Shown here in pieces: positions 35,541-47,919 of a DNA stretch of 64,000 bases. The notes beneath the pieces were generated by a model that ran no database searches, had not been told where the DNA came from, and saw only the letters and a program-made list of their open reading frames with translations. Origin of the DNA: Cetorhinus maximus (taxonomy: Eukaryota); assembly GCF_964194155.1 (NCBI RefSeq), contig NC_135903.1:1550001-1614000 (forward strand), read 5' to 3'. Every line of letters begins with the position of its first letter. Positions within the stretch are counted from its first letter, which is position 1. The translations under genes were made by a program, and so were the position numbers.

Positions 35541-36236
35541 TTACATTGTACAAAAGTTAACTGTAAATGAGTTTTGATTGTCCATTTTTCCTTCCTCCTC
35601 TTCCTTGTTCCCCTCATCCTTCCCACTCTCCAGTTTCGGTGCCAATTGGCCAGGATTTAGCCGGGGACTGGTTGTTGTATCCGAGGTGATGTTGACGGGC
35701 ACGGTTCGTTCATTCACAGCTGGCAGTGCCAGGCGTGGGGCTTGAACCTTTAACCGACCGTCCTGTGACAAACAGCAGTTAAGAGCTTCAGCATCGACAT
35801 CTTCTGGCAGCTGAAATTCTCTCCTCAACTCTTCATATTTGTAGCTGGAAGAGCCGCTGCCATCATCACTTTTCTTCTCGTGTTTTCCTGTCACCAGCAC
35901 TTTTCTTCCAAGTACTTTCACATTCAGTTCTTCTGGAGAGAATCGCTGGACATCCAGGGACAGGGAAAAGCCATCTCCCTCCTTGTCCTCTGATTGTCTT
36001 TTACCTTCTTCATTATCATCAGGTCTCTTGTCCTGATTTCTTGGTTTTTCCTCCCAAAATTCTTTTGCCAGCTCCTCAAGAACTCGCTCCATGAAGTTCA
36101 TGCTCTTTCTCGCTTCTTCCACCTCTTTCCACGTGTTGCATTCAAGCGGCTCCCAGACCCTGTGTGGAACAGGCCACAATGTGTACACAGGCTGCTGGCA
36201 CCGACGTGAAGGGTGGAAAGCCCGACAGCTCAGCAT
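35541..36236 (-). CDS. hsp30: Hsp30-type sHSP copy 7, 231 aa (stop-loss extension)
   Basis: Intact ORF; TAA after MDN is CAA here, adding QNSFTVNFCTM. Confidence 0.9.
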   Translation of the reverse strand: MLSCRAFHPSRRCQQPVYTLWPVPHRVWEPLECNTWKEVEEARKSMNFMERVLEELAKEFWEEKPRNQDKRPDDNEEGKRQSEDKEGDGFSLSLDVQRFSPEELNVKVLGRKVLVTGKHEKKSDDGSGSSSYKYEELRREFQLPEDVDAEALNCCLSQDGRLKVQAPRLALPAVNERTVPVNITSDTTTSPRLNPGQLAPKLESGKDEGNKEEEEGKMDNQNSFTVNFCTM

Positions 36237-36329
36237 TGTCTCTGCCTCTTCTCTCACTTCTCTCAAACCGACTGATGTGAACTCCCAGTCTGCAGACTCT
36301 GATCTGCTGCAGCACTCAGAACACACACC

Positions 36330-36497
36330 TTATATATTCTACTCCCAGAAACCCAGACATTTCCAGAATGAACTCAACTTTGCTGGGTTTATGACACGTG
36401 AACTGAAAATAAATGACATCTCATTCCAGCCTCGCTTTAATCAAGAATGACTTGACTCAGTGACACCCACTGGAGCCGTTCCAGAGACTTCTGGAAT
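36330..36497 (-). promoter_or_regulatory. hsp30 copy 7 promoter (with a perfect AP-1 site)
   Basis: TATA and HSEs; TGACTCA at 36453-36459. Confidence 0.85.
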
Positions 36498-36954
36498 GTA
36501 CTCAGCCAGTGAGGGAACAGATGGGAGGAACAATGTTAGTGAGTGACAGCCTAGCAGCAGGTATAGCAAGTGCAAGAAAGTGAGTTTCGTGAGGAGCCGG
36601 ATCTGTTTATGCGAATGAAATATAAACTGATATTCTGGGAGAATGCTGAGCCCATCTTTGGCTTTCTAGTATTGCGACTTTTAGTGATTTTGGTGATATT
36701 AAAGTGATTTTTAACTGTGTAATAGAGTGAAATTCAAATCTGTTTGTTTTAAGTGAAGTTCGGATCGAGGTATTCGTTCTGTTCTATTCATAATAACATG
36801 TTGAAAAATGGATTATTTACAGATAAAGCTGCTGTGCACTTCTAAGTTACTAAAACCTGTTGTCTGTATTGTGTTTTGATATGAGATTTTCAAATATTAA
36901 AAATTAATATAAATTACCGGTTGATCTAGAGGAGTACATTTAATTGCAGTTGAA

Positions 36955-37426
36955 ACTGGGATTTTAGCCAGCCTCCAGTTTCCCAAAGGTGGCAGGGCCA
37001 GTTTAAGTGCCTGGAGGCAGGCACCCTTCAGCTAGGCCAGGGGGCCATCTCTCCAGGCAGGCCTAGAGGCCCTTTCTGCCTGTGTGGGTGCAGGAGCATC
37101 CACAGGCCACCCTGTAGCAGGCCCCCTATAGTGGAGGCCTGGTGGCTGAATCTATTTTTCAATTAAAGGTATAAAGAAGTTGGAAAACCTCCGTGTTGAA
37201 GCACCGACTCCCTTATGTACCTTCTAATGCAGCTGCTGTTTCTCTGATTGGCCCTCCAGCTTTGAGAGGCCCACCTGCCATCCTTAATTGGATGACGAAC
37301 CTGCCCTTTGGCCATCAATTGTCTGTGCTGGTGAAAATCAGAGGTCAATGACTGTTTCCCCTAGGCCCCCTGAGTTTGGACAGTCCCGGCCTCTGTTTCC
37401 TGCCTCCAGATGGAAAATCCAGACCA
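36955..37426. mobile_element. Harbinger-like MITE fragment
   Basis: GC-richer block bounded by CTGGGATTTT...AAAATCCAGACC. Confidence 0.45.
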
Positions 37427-39070
37427 CAGAATTATAGCACAGAGGAGGCCATTTGCCCCATCATGCCTGTGCCAGCTCTTTGAAAGAACTGTCCAATTTA
37501 GTCCCATGCCCCGGCTTTAATCCCATAATCCTGCAAATTAGTTCCCTTCAAATAAAGCGCAATTGGCTTTTGAAAGTTCCTATGGAATCTGATTCCACCA
37601 CCCTTTCAGGTAGTGCATTCCACATATAACAACTCTTGCGGAAAAGAAATTCTCCTCCGTTCACCTTGAGTTCTTTTGTTAATTATTTAAATCTGACAGC
37701 TATGTTACTGATCCACTTGCTTGCGGAACCAACTTCTCCTGACTTGCTTTCTCTAAAAGGCGTTCATAATTCTGAACACTATTAGGTCTTCACTTGATTT
37801 TCACTACCCTAATTGGACTCGAAATGTTAACTGTTTCTCTCTTCACAGATGCCGCCAGGCTTGTTGGGTTTGTCCAGCACTTTCTGTTTTTATTTCAGAT
37901 CATCAGCATCTGCAGTATTTTGCTTTTATAAGCATCCTCATCCTGGTAAATCTCTATATCCTCTCCCAAGGCCTTCACAGCTAAGGAGAACAATTCCAGC
38001 TTCTCCAATCTTTCCACATAACCAAATTTTCTCAGAAAGTGCTGGACAAACCCAGAAAGTCTGGCAGTACCTGTGGAGGGAGAAACAGTTAACATTTCGC
38101 GTCCAATTGGACTTGAAATGTTAACTCTGTTTCTCTCTTCACAGATGCTGCCAGGCTTGTTGGGTTTGTCCAACACTTTCTGTTTTCATTTAAGATCGTC
38201 AGCATCTGCAGTATTTTTCTTTTACAAGCATCCTCATCCTGGTAAATCTCTATATCCTCTCCCAAGGCCTTCACATCTTTCCTCTAGTTTGCTACCCAGA
38301 ATGGTACACAATATTCTAGCTGAGGCCTAACCAGTGAATTGTAAATGTTTAATATGACTTTGTATTCAGTGCCCCTATTTACAAAGTTAAGTATCCGATA
38401 TACTTTCTTAACTGCCTTATCAAAGTGCCCTGCCACTTTCAAGGATATGTGAAGACGCACCCGCAAGTTCCTCTGCTCCTGTATCCTCACAAATTGATGC
38501 CATTTAGATTATACTTTCTTTCTGTGTTGTTCCTCTCAAAGTTCATCGCTTCACACTTCACCATATTAAATTTCATTTGTCTATGTCCCCCGAAGATCTG
38601 ATACTACCCTGCTCACTATTTACTACATTGACAAGTTTTACATTACCTACAGACTTCAAAATTGTACTCCCTATACCCAGCTCCAGGTAGGTCATTTATA
38701 TATCACAAGAAATTAAGCAATGGACCTTCTTCTCTCCTGGGTCTTCAATGTATAGATCTCTCCAGCCAGAAAAATATCCATTTACTCCAATTCTCTGTTT
38801 CCTATTCCTTAGCTAATTACGCACCCAAGTTTCCACTGTCCTTTAATGCCATGTGCTTCTATTTTCCATATAAGTCTGTCATGTGGTATTTGATCAAATG
38901 TCTTTTAGAAGTCCATACATACAACATCTACTGCAACTTTCATCCACTTTTTCTTTTACTTCATTAAAGAGCGCAATTGGTTTAGTCACACAATTTGCCT
39001 TTGATAAACCTATGCTGGCTGTCCCTTATTAATTCATACTTCTCCAAGAGAGAATTAATTTTGTCCTTGA
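37427..39070 (-). mobile_element. Old CR1 fragment interrupted by duplicated Penelope-like pieces
   Basis: Minus-strand SLKVAGHFDKAVKK..LVRPQLEYCVPFW; ~170-bp direct repeat at ~37811 and ~38106. Confidence 0.7.
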
Positions 39071-41089
39071 CATTCACTGAACTTTCATTCAATTGTCACC
39101 AGGGCCACTTATTTCCAACTACAGACATCGCCTACGCCAGTCTTCCTGCTACTAAACCTCTCCTTTAATTTCTTGCTACCTTCTAGTCTTGATTTATCTA
39201 ATCTCTTGTTTGTGGCCTCGTAGCCCTTAAACTCCAAATCATCCAAAATTCAAACATGCATATTAGTTTACACACCACATGCCCATCACAAACATCCTTG
39301 CTGGCCTACACTAGCTGCCCATCCCACAACACATTGCCCTTAAGATCCTTAAATTTGTTTCTCAAATTCCTGAGTGTCCTTGCACCCCCTCCTCCATCCC
39401 CGCAATTACCTCTGGTCTTAGATCCCATGAATTTTTCATCATTTGGCCATTGTTTAGTGCATTGCTCTCCCTGCCACTGAAAGCAGAACCTACAGCTAAC
39501 TCTGTCGCTCCCTCAGCTGTACTGACTCCCCACTTCTCTTGCCTGCTATAAAAACCATGTCAAAATTTATCTTTCTTAAAAGCCTTTCAGACACTGCTAC
39601 TCATGTCTACCCGTTACTGACCGTTCCCTTTATCTTTATCTATTATTTTCTCCTGGCATGTGCCTAGGGATGTTTCTACAATAAAGCCACTCTCAAAATG
39701 CAAGTTATACATAAATATATACGTTTTGCCCCCTCCCCCTGCACCCCCACCTCCCCATCTCTATGAAGTAATAATTCAGCGTTAGCAGTACACCAAAGGA
39801 TTACACCAGGCTCATTCTACATCCATTAAGGTTGTATTGGGGCCTGGACTTAATATTCTGTGAAACAAACTATTGAAGAAGTAACTGACATCTCTCTCAC
39901 ATGGCTGTATCTTATCACTCTGTCCATCAATAAAATATTGTTACCGATTTTGTTAGCAAAATGTGTGTTAATTTGTGCCAGTGCTTTTAATATGTTAATC
40001 TTATAGGATCTATTACTCCGCCCCGCCCAATGTCATGCACATGAAGGAGTCACCGTACACTCCAAATGAGCAAGAAGTCACTTCCAGGATTCTGAGCTAA
40101 TTTCTTTCCAGTCATATGACCAGAACAGGAGTTGTGCAGTGAGTGTTTGGCTGCTTGTGGTGTCACTTTAGAGTCTGGAGTGTAAAGCAGCCATTCAGAA
40201 AATGAGCACATAGCAACTGCCCAATAATCTCTGCTTCAGTTAGTACCCAACTTTTCTGAAAACATTTCTGAAGATATGAGAATTCAACAAATCAGAGATG
40301 TATTATAAATGTTTGTACTTCTAGTCTTTCACTTTTGAGTGTTCTGTAAAATGAGATTAACCCACTGAAGCTCATCCCTTTAGTTCTCAAGTTCTTTCAT
40401 TACTGCATCCAACTAGATTTTAAGCATCTCTAATGTTGTTGTTTCTGTGTTTAATTAACTTTTGCTAATTTAATTTCATGACCCATTGGTCCTATTTTCC
40501 AGGTTTACCTTCAAATAATATTTTAGGTGTGCTATCAACATAATGTAATATTTTATGTACAATTGATTAAAGTTGGTAGCTATATTCTCCTTCTGAGAAT
40601 TTAATCTACTCATCTTGCACAGACTCCTGACCAGAAATCGGTATAACAGCAAACCTGTGTCTACTTTAGATTAAACAGATAAACCAAGTGAGAAAGATCA
40701 CATTCATTCACTACCAGGAAGGAATATTTTGGAAACAAGTTCCAGTTGCCAGTCGTTATGAAATGGTAGGTTTACCCAGGCAGCAAGTTGGGCAGAATTA
40801 TCTCCCTTTGAGTTGTAAAATTCAATGAAATACCTGTAGCCATAGACATGTACATCCAATAATTTCATTTTATTGAGTTGACAAATTGAATCATAGATCA
40901 TTTCTCAAAGGTTCAATGTTTTAACAAAAAGGGAAAAAATAGGTAGTTATCTACAGTAATGGGACATTGAATATCAGCTTTTCAACATTATGACACCCAT
41001 TTCACATGTGCTCACATCTGGCAATATTTTGTTGTTCTTTATAACTACAAAAATTCAGTGTAACTAAGTCTTAAGATGTCTATTTTGTT

Positions 41090-41737
41090 TCAGCCTTTCT
41101 TGTTCCCTTCAAGATTCCCGCTCTCCTGTTTCTGTGCCTCTTGTGCCTCTTGGCCAGGATTTAGCCGGGGACTGGTTGTTGTATCCGAGGTGATGTTGAT
41201 GGGCACAACTCGTTCATTCACAGCTGGCAGTGCCAAGCGTGGGCCTTGAACATTTAACCGACCGTCCTGTGACAAACAGCAGTTAAGAGCTTCAGCATCG
41301 ACATCTTCTGGCAGCTGAAATTCTCTCCTCAACTCTTCATATTTGTAGCTGTAAGAGCCACTGCCATCATTGCTCTTCTTCTCGTGTTTTCCTGTCACCA
41401 GCACTTTTCTTCCAAGTAATTTCACATTCAGTTCTTCTGGGGAGAATTGCTGGACATCCAGGGACAGAGAAAAGCCATCTCCATCCTTGTCTCCTGAGTG
41501 TTTTTTACCTTCTTTGTTATCAGGTTTGTTGTCCTGATTTCTTGGTTTTTCCTCCCAAAATTCTTTTGCCAGCTCCTCAAGAACTCGATCCATGAAGTTC
41601 ATGCTCTTTCTTGCTTCTTCCATAAGTTTCCACATGTTGCATTCAAGCGGCTCCCAGACCCTGTGTGGAACAGGCCACAATGTGTACACAGGCTGCTGGC
41701 ACCGACGTGAAGGGTGGAAAGCCCGACAGCTCAGCAT
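41090..41737 (-). CDS. hsp30: Hsp30-type sHSP copy 8, 215 aa, most divergent copy, with unique flanks
   Basis: Intact ACD ORF; more substitutions (DVQQF, LNVQGP, VVPINI) and a different C-terminus. Confidence 0.92.
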   Translation of the reverse strand: MLSCRAFHPSRRCQQPVYTLWPVPHRVWEPLECNMWKLMEEARKSMNFMDRVLEELAKEFWEEKPRNQDNKPDNKEGKKHSGDKDGDGFSLSLDVQQFSPEELNVKLLGRKVLVTGKHEKKSNDGSGSYSYKYEELRREFQLPEDVDAEALNCCLSQDGRLNVQGPRLALPAVNERVVPINITSDTTTSPRLNPGQEAQEAQKQESGNLEGNKKG

Positions 41738-41830
41738 TGTCTCTGCCTCTTCTCTCACTTCTCTCAAACCGACTGATGTGAACTCCCAGTCTTCAGTCTC
41801 TGATCTGCTGCAGCACTCAGAACACACGCC

Positions 41831-41995
41831 TTATATATTCTACTCCCAGAAACCCAGACATTTCCAGAATGAACTCAACTTTGCTGGGTTCATGACATGG
41901 GAGCTGAAAATAAATGACGTCTCATCTCATCCTTGATTTAAACAAGAATGATTCAGCTCAGTGACACCGTTGTGTATTTTAGAGACTTCTGGAAT
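41831..41995 (-). promoter_or_regulatory. hsp30 copy 8 promoter
   Basis: TATA and proximal HSE conserved; distal HSE partly degenerate; E-box lost. Confidence 0.75.
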
Positions 41996-44900
41996 TACCT
42001 TATCCAAGTGGCATTTGTTGGATGGGTGCCAGCAATCCTGTGCTAACATTGTATTACATGTTATGAAACAGTAATTAGTCCTAATTTTTGGTTATTTATT
42101 GGAGGGCAAATCATACAAATAAATACTGAAAAGTGCCTGGTGAAATTGAAATGTTTAACAGGCTGTGGGCAGGTAAGTGAAGTTCTTGACCATGGTACTG
42201 TGGCTGATAGGACCAACCCCTTATTTAGATACTTGGCAATTTTTGTAACTGCATAATCATGTGGTACATAGACACTTGTTGACCTAATCACTCAATAATA
42301 AATTCCAGCCATCTACAAATTTACCCTGATAGCATTTCGTTTCACTTAGTGCTTGACTATTAATTGCACTGTAGAGGAACAGCAGGTCAGAAATAGGCCA
42401 GCAAACGGCACATCAGAATAAATGTAGATCATGACACTCTATTTCACCTTGTCGAGGACAGTAAAACCAATACATGACCTGCGTTTGAAGGGGGTGGGAG
42501 TAGGGAATGGAAAATTATTGTGTGTAAGTATTTCAGTGAGCGAGTGGTCATTGATGGAATCGATACCCTAAGAAGATGGTGGAAGCAAAAGAAAGAATTG
42601 CATTTATATAGGACTTTTCACAAACACTGGAGCCATAAAAGAGCAGGCGGGCTTACTTAGCTGGAGAACTAGAGACATGATGTCTGCACTCCTGGCAAAG
42701 AGAAAGTTTTGTTTTTGGGAGTTAGACCTAAATTAGTTTAAAAGCATTCAACGAACCCTGTAAGACTACATTGTCATGGAGATGGGCGAAGCTTAAGGTT
42801 CTCTGGTTTCAATTTATCTATGATTCCTGGGAGAGGTAGTTGGTTGCAGTTTAAACCTCATGTGGTTTACAGCTAACAGAGAAGCCCTGGGAGCTGAGGT
42901 GACCGAAGGTTGCTGGTTTGGTGCTGGGGACAGTTAGGGCTCAGGAGAATCCAGAGGGCCATATAGCTTGGAACAGCCAGGAGACTATAGTTCAGAAAAT
43001 CCCAAAGGGCAATGCCAGCTTAGTGAAGCTAGCAGTCTGCAAGAGTTGGAATTGTGCCGTTAATTAGAGGCAGGAGTCCGGCTTTATGAATTCGATGGAA
43101 CGCAGTCTCAGGAGAAAAGATTGAACCATCGGGAGGCAGAGTTTTAACAAGATTTTGTTACTCGCAGTGGTCACTGAAGTCTGGGTGGATTGCTGAGAAA
43201 TCCGTGGGATCTGTCCATTCGCACCTGCTATTCAATGTTCAGTGTGGTGTGCTCGACCACAGTTTGCTTGTTAATTCATATTTAACTCATGCTAACTCTG
43301 AAGGTTAGAGTATACAATAGATATTGTAAATTGTTTTACAGATTTTGTATATTAAGTTTATTTTGTTTGATTAAAACTGTGAAATCTTGTGGCTTTATTC
43401 CCCTAGTGAGTAACTGGGATTTCAAAGTTAGAGCAAGATTAACATGGAGGTCCATAGTTGCCAATGGCCTCTGAAAAGAGGAGCTACCTCAGAAGACGCG
43501 CTGAAGGACCCCCCCAGATGTCTCCATGCAAGGGCTGCCTGGGATGTTCAAACTTCCGACGGCAATTATCCTGCAGTGAGAACCATCTGAGGCTCCGATT
43601 TAATTCGCAGTCTTTGGATGATTCCGACTGTCTTAGCAGGATAGTTACCCAGGGCAAGTTAGAAGAATTAAAACCATTTCTAACTCCTGGGTAACTATAG
43701 TACCAAGCCCCCACCCCCACTGGACCCACTGACTGACCCTCCCACCCCCGCGACTACACTCCCACGACCACCCCTGACCTACTGACTAGACTCCCGACCC
43801 ATCCTACCGCCCGACTGACCTTTGAACCCCACCAACCAATCCAACCCCCAACCGACCACTTGACCCTCCCAACCCATCCTACTCACCACCCCCATCCTAC
43901 CCACTTACCTTCACCCTGGCTTCTCAAAGTAGCTGGACCTTTTAACTTACCTGGTTTAAGGGGCATGGCTTCCTTTCCTTCAATTCTGTTGTCCTAGATT
44001 GAAGGCCTCGGGAACCCACTGCACTGCATTTTTCTGAGGAGGCCCGAGTCTGAAGGTCGGGCGCAAAATGTGCAGGAACATTCCAATGTAAATAGAAGTG
44101 GAGCAGAGTGGCAATCCAACCCTGATTGCCACTCCACGTAAGCTCTAGCCCTTTGTCTACTTCCAACAAAAAGTTACTGGGCCCTCACCAGATCGTAACA
44201 GACGAGAGTGACAACGAGCCACAGCTGACACCCAACATAGTGGTTAATATTGCTTCATTCAAATACAGAGGAGAATATAAAAAAATTGAGATACACTATG
44301 AGTAATCGGAGATATGACATGCAGTTAAGTAATATGCTTAGGATAATGGTGACTTTGGATATAAGATTCCCAATGCTCTCCACCACTAGGATTTTCCTTG
44401 TATCATATTGTAGACTAATCGATACTGATTTCTATCATTAGTCGACAACTGCTCCATTATCTTTGTATCCTGTGATTACCAGGATGATCAAAGGCAAACT
44501 AAATGGGCCTTCGTCTTTTTCCATCCAACAATTCCTGTTCTGACACGAGCCTTTGGGATGCTGCGCAGTTTAGAGGAGCTACATTAAATAATAAGACCTC
44601 AATAATAATAATCTTTGAATTATTGCCTGAGCTATTTGCAAATTGGTATACAGATCAGAATTAACATATGGCTAAAGGATTGATGTGGGAAAAGAGGGGT
44701 GGGTTCCTTTTAATGAGATGCTGGCAAGTATTGAACAGTCATATTTTCTTTCATTCAATACTGTCTGTAACTGGTAAGCACCTGTATAGATAGAGGTGTC
44801 AGTCCCATGAGTAAATAGAACAGAGTATGCTTAGGTCAGTAGAGGAAAGAGTTTTGCAAATCAGATGCTCTACAAATGATACTGCAATCACTGAAGATGT

Positions 44901-45937
44901 TTTAGTGCAAAATCCAACTGTTCTGAAAACATCCTCTTGCAAAGCTAATAGTAGCAATGTAAAGGCAACAAAAATGTATCATCACTGAACATGAAGCAAT
45001 GTCATGATACTGAAAGTAAGGAAGGAGGGAGATTAAAAAAAATAAAGATTTGGTGATAGGAATGCACAAAAAGAAATGTTCCACGGTTCAAGTCTTCAGC
45101 CTTTTTTGAATTGCCAGGTTGCTTGGACAGCCGATAGTTCCCCATTGCTTTCTCCATGGAAAAACCTCAGTCAATGGTGTCAACTTGCCAACCAATCAGC
45201 ACCCCTTTCTCCTGTATAAATTGTTGCTATAGTTTGAAATTTAGCACTCTTTGCATTTGGCCTAATGAGCGCAAAGCAAAAAGCTTTGGCAACATATCTC
45301 TTTTCAGCAATATTCAAAAAAGTATGTATGATAATGGTTTATAGCTACAAATATGAAAAGTAGGAATGAATCTGTCATAACAAGACTAATTAGTCAGAAC
45401 AAGTCTTTTATATGTGCAAGTAGTGTGCTGGTACTGATTGCAATGTAATTCAATCTCTATTTTGTTGCCATGCATTGTCATTTTAATACTTTCAAATCCC
45501 GACACCCATATTTAGATTGTATAATTGCCCAAGTAAACTTGTCACATTAATTACACCCTCCTGCCTCAGAGCTTCAGCAAGACAAGTTTACAGAGGCAGT
45601 ATCCATTATAAATATGGAAAAGGAATTTATAATGCAAATTAGCTCAAATTTTTCAGTTATAAATTATAGGACAGGAATGATTCAGGAAATTAGTAAACAC
45701 TGCAGCATGGAACCTCCCTCATCCATAATGACAAAATATTCAATAGGGAACTGAACATGTAAAAAAGAAAAAAATTGTAAGGCTTCAATGAAAAGAGAAA
45801 GAAGTAGACAGCTCTTTCAAAGAACCAGCAAAAAACACAATGGGCTGAATGGCCTCTTTGTGCTGTATCATTCTCACCCTTTTGGTGTATTATGCAAGTT
45901 TCCCATCTTTTAGCCTTGCACATAAGGTGTAACAATA

Positions 45938-46143
45938 ATACAAAAGCAAAATACTGCAGATGCTGGAAATCTGAAATAAAGAGAAAGTGCTGCAAATACT
46001 CAGCAGAACTGGCAGCGTCTATGAGTGTAACAGCATTGTTCCAGTTCTGATAAAAGGACCACAGACCTGAAATATTAACTGTGTTTCTCTCCACAGATGC
46101 TGCCTGACATGCTCAGTATTTCCATCATTTTCTGCTTTAATTT
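45938..46143. mobile_element. Palindromic Penelope-like short insertion, 12-bp TSD
   Basis: GGTGTAACAATA at 45926-45937 and 46144-46155; inverted arms (gctggaaat...ctcagca / tgctcag..tttccatc). Confidence 0.7.
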
Positions 46144-46515
46144 GGTGTAACAATACCCTTGGTAAAGGGCAAGAAACTATATAAATATATTGAATTTAAT
46201 TGTCCACAGCTGAGGGAGATTTATGCTCGATGGGCTGGAATCGATGGACTGTGCAATGTGGCATTGTGCTGTCACATGTAAGTTGTTGTCAATAATCAGG
46301 GTGTCAAATGATACAAGTTCAGCGAACATTCCATCTGGTTTAGAAACAATAACTTCACTATTTTGTTTAGAGACTAAAATGGTAACAGAAAGTTAAGTTT
46401 AGAATAACTAGAAATGGGGAAAATAAATTTGTCATATTAAAACACTCACTTTACTCTCGCTTGGCTTTCAAATGCACGACTAGATTTTAAAAAAAGTTTT
46501 CAAAACAATGTTAGT

Positions 46516-46521
46516 TTTATT
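46516..46521 (-). terminator. Candidate polyadenylation signal of RPL41
   Basis: AATAAA on the minus strand ~177 nt after the stop, followed by a U-rich tract. Confidence 0.55.
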
Positions 46522-46697
46522 TTATAACATCAAAAACCGCATAAAACACATTCCAAAACAAAGTTTCATAACTGATAAAACAAACAGGTATCCCCTGAAA
46601 CATGAAAGCTTGAAAATCATTCACTGACTACTGACAAAGCCAAAATTTCAACACAGCTGCCAGTCACCATGGTATTGCTGTTCTCCAATTGGGGGCT

Positions 46698-46740
46698 TCA
46701 CTTGGACCTTGCCCTCATCTTCCTCCGCTTGCGCTTCAAT
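46698..46740 (-). CDS. RPL41: Ribosomal protein eL41 coding exon 3: (R)[13 protein letters not shown]
   Basis: tttatttctattcctatatag|A TTG AAG CGC AAG CGG AGG AAG ATG AGG GCA AGG TCC AAG TGA. Confidence 0.93.
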
Positions 46741-47919
46741 CTATATAGGAATAGAAATAAATACGTTTGAAGTGAGCTATGGGCAGCATTTGCAAAATTA
46801 ATGCAGCTGGCATACAAATAGTAAAAATGGATAAACTCTTTTTATAATAATGCTGGGAACAGTGGAACAATTTTTCCTCGCACTTCTATATTCTAGTATT
46901 ACACTTTCCACACACTGTTTAAAATGTAAAATCATATGTTTTATGTCTAGAGGTTTGAGCTGATCTACTATGAAGTGCTGGTCTTTGTTTTCAAATCCCT
47001 TCATGACCTCATCCCTCCCTACCTCTCTAATCTCCTCCAATCCCACAACCTTCAGAGGTATTGGCACTCCTCGGATTCTCACCTCATGCACTCAAATATA
47101 GTTGGTCCACTATTGTGACGGCCGTACCTTCACGGGCCTAGACCCTAAGCTCTGGAATTCCCTCCTGCATCATTTCCCCTCTCAACCTCCCTTTCCTAAA
47201 CTTACCTCTTTGACCAAGCTTTTGGTCATCTGATCTTGTATTTCCTTAAGTGGCTCGGTGTCCTATTTGTTTCATAATGCTCATGGGAACTGCCCTGTCA
47301 CATTTCATTACTTTAAAGGCACTACATAAATATAAATTGTTGTTGATGAAAAGCCTACTCTAAAACACAAATTGCTTTGACTGATCAACGTTCCTTTTAA
47401 AAATTTTACCATTGTGTTTGCCACACCTATGGTGTCTGTAGGTGTAACTATAATATGGTTTGCCCTTGATTTTTAGTCCCGAGTCTGGATTTCTATGCAG
47501 CTTGGTTTAAGTCACAGTTCCATTCGGTCACTGGGCAGCAGAATGGAGCAGATATCAACCCCCTGAAAATGTGCAATTTTTCTCAATAACAATCTTCTCT
47601 ATCCAAAAGAAATAGATGTATATATCCTTTCAACCTGCAAGGATGAGATTCTGAAAAGCAAAGAATGAATTCTCAAAGATTTATCTTTCCATAAATTGTG
47701 CTTATATTCATTTGTGCTGTCCTGTGAACACCACAGAACACAGCGGCAGCACTTGGGAAAACAAAGTGCAACAAAATATTGAAAAGACCAAAGCCAGTGA
47801 GCCTATCCCTCTCCCTGGCAATTGTCCAAGGCCAAATTAGACTTTTTGCAAGCTTGGTGTCATATTTGATCCTAAGAGGAGCTTCCGACCAAATATCCAT
47901 GTCATCAATAACACCAAAA

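Noticed and set aside
42523-43460. Possible LTR-like element (a similar candidate starts at ~63488)
   Set aside because: Composition is suggestive, but I could not define both termini or a TSD by eye
43700-43915. C-rich degenerate ccgacc/ccacc repeat
   Set aside because: Irregular low-complexity tract, probably the interior of a non-autonomous transposon; no regular array
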